From contig CDMY01000307.1 in NCBI GenBank assembly GCA_001179505.1, positions 62,001 to 126,000 on the forward strand: DNA of 64,000 nt, given 5' to 3'. Below are positions 62,474-64,000 of the stretch, piece by piece. Position numbers and translations under genes: made by a program. This stretch comes from Vitrella brassicaformis CCMP3155. Its lineage: Eukaryota > Protista > Chromerida. Under the pieces are notes generated by a model. The model was not told the DNA's origin and did not search any database. It was given only the letters and a program-made list of their open reading frames with translations. The first letter of the stretch is position 1; each line of letters starts with the position of its first letter.

Positions 62474-63798
62474 TTAGTAGCCAGGCGGCCCCTGCTGCTC
62501 AGCCTCAGGCTGGATGATAATCGTCTGCTGACCGGCCGGCTCCGCAGGGGTCACAACTGGAGGCTGGATTGGCTGGCCCAGCACAGTGCCCGGCGGCACT
62601 GCCATTGGTTGCACCTGGCCGGGCACCAGCACCATTCCCGCCCCTGGCAGTGTTTGCAGTGGGCCGCCTGGCGTGATTGGGGGCATGTCGTCCTTGAAGC
62701 CGTGGGCCCTGATGTGTATCACAACCATGCCGACAGGAGACAGGAAGCGATCTGTATAAGTCGATAGATGAGAGCTCACCGCATCACGTGCCGATATTCC
62801 TGACAGAAGGTGCTGTCAGTAACATACACGTCAGCAGAAAGGGCCAGCTGAATATGTCTGGCCATTGTCTGTCTACTGTTTTTCTGTCTGTCTGTCTGTC
62901 TGTTTGTCCGCTGTCTGTCTGTCGATCCTCACCAAGGGCCGCACCAGAAGACACAGCAGCAGTCCTGCAGCGGCAAAAAATCGACGGCCGATGATCAATA
63001 GTGCAGAGACATGAATCTTGCGCCCTCACCCCGAAGCCGTCTGTCTCCTGGATTTTATAATACCTGACACACCATGCTATCCACACAAACCCCCGGAGGA
63101 GTGAACGAATGTGTGTCTGCCAGCTGGGAACTGTCAAGCGGCCTTACGCTCGCAGCTTGGTCCGGTAGTGAAGGTTGAGGACCAGCAATGCGATGGCAAA
63201 CACCACGGACAACACGGTGAACATCCAGCCGGCGATCGGGCTGATGTTAGGGATGAAAGAGAGAGCTTGCTGGACAATCGGTATCACAAATTGTAGGGAC
63301 CAGAGGGTGAAGAACAATGTGAAGCCTGCATCGACACACAGAGCGGCATACATATGTGATGACAGCACGGGAAGGGCCGTGTTTCTTGCCCGTGCTCCAA
63401 TGGAGGATCTTTGTCTCGTCCAGGGGCCACGCCTACAGCCATCCATGTAAGAGCAAAGGGGCAATCGGAGGCCTTTGTTCCACTTCTGCGTCTGCACACC
63501 TTGAAGTACGCAAAAATGGGGTTGATTATGAGGCCGACGGTGCCCCAAAAACAGCTAGAGCCGTCGCTTCCACAGTTGAACACGCCATCAGACCAACGAC
63601 CTGCACCACGCAACGGCGCAAACAAGCGAAAGTTGAGGCCTAGTGGAGTCTTCCCCCTCTCGTCCACCCACCCTGCCATTCAAGGTCTCGTGGGTCGTAA
63701 GCATGAGCTCCTCCAGGCTGATCGGGTGTTCTTCCCTCGGGTCCCCCATAGGTGACGACGGGTGCGGGAAGGGGAGTGGGCTGGCCGGAGTATGCCAT
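62474..63798 (-). CDS. PLAC8/Cys-rich membrane protein, tandem copy 2
   Basis: Same exon structure and motifs as 60839-62097 (MAYSGQPTPLPAPVVTYG..., WSDGVFNCGSD, DCCCVFWCGP). Confidence 0.8.
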
Positions 63799-64000
63799 AA
63801 GGGCGTCCTAACTGTTCCGGTCGGGGAACCCTGAGGCTCCCTGGTGGTTGGAAGCGTGTTTTTCCTCAGGGGACGAGGTTCGAGTTGGGGCCGTGAAGGA
63901 GGAACGAAACCGCAAGTGCATTCAACGAATTTGCAGCCCCCCGCACAGCTAGTGTTTAGATCAGCAGGGTGGCGTCCTTCATTGGCACTTGCAATGGGGA

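Noticed and set aside
1-64000. Numerous 60-400 aa ORFs rich in THTH/CVCV/HPSI/TDRQ, and long antisense ORFs (e.g. 36589-37917, 59475-60515, 13989-14693)
   Set aside because: They are translations of intronic microsatellites or GC-rich shadows of real exons on the other strand.
1-64000. CRISPR arrays, rRNA, tRNA and spliceosomal snRNA genes
   Set aside because: No repeat-spacer arrays and no diagnostic conserved motifs were seen by eye.

Overview
Eukaryotic, intron-rich, GC-rich nuclear DNA. Short introns are packed with (GT/CA)n, (GTCT/GACA)n and (GGAT)n microsatellites, so most six-frame ORFs are spliced fragments or repeat noise. The intron style, an apicomplexan-type MRK/CDK7 kinase and bipartite ASAF-type plastid leaders point to a chromerid alveolate, most likely Vitrella brassicaformis (inference). 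About 22 spliced genes were reconstructed by hand: pfkB kinase, four lineage-specific F-box-like genes, plastid folate transporter, MRK/CDK7, GH18 chitobiase, Crinkler-type NTPase/REase, two orphan proteins, Tudor-less SMN, two SDRs, CHRD protein, plastid uL1, a GCN5-PZP-CW-GATA chromatin protein, SKI2, a retropepsin-like protein, SIRT4, PrsW with a zinc ribbon, and two tandem PLAC8 genes. Best finds: a complete 320-bp LTR mini-retroelement (TRIM) with a half-tRNA-iMet PBS, PPT and 5-bp TSD; a pogo-like MITE nested in a second TIR element; an apparently pseudo-enzymatic Crinkler-like protein with a signal/plastid-type leader; an unusual GCN5 reader fusion; a eukaryotic PrsW; and AC-5'/GT-3' self-complementary introns. 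There are three 300-N gaps, with a probable assembly duplication at 48.5-53.2 kb. Gene spans are outer CDS bounds and no database searches were run.
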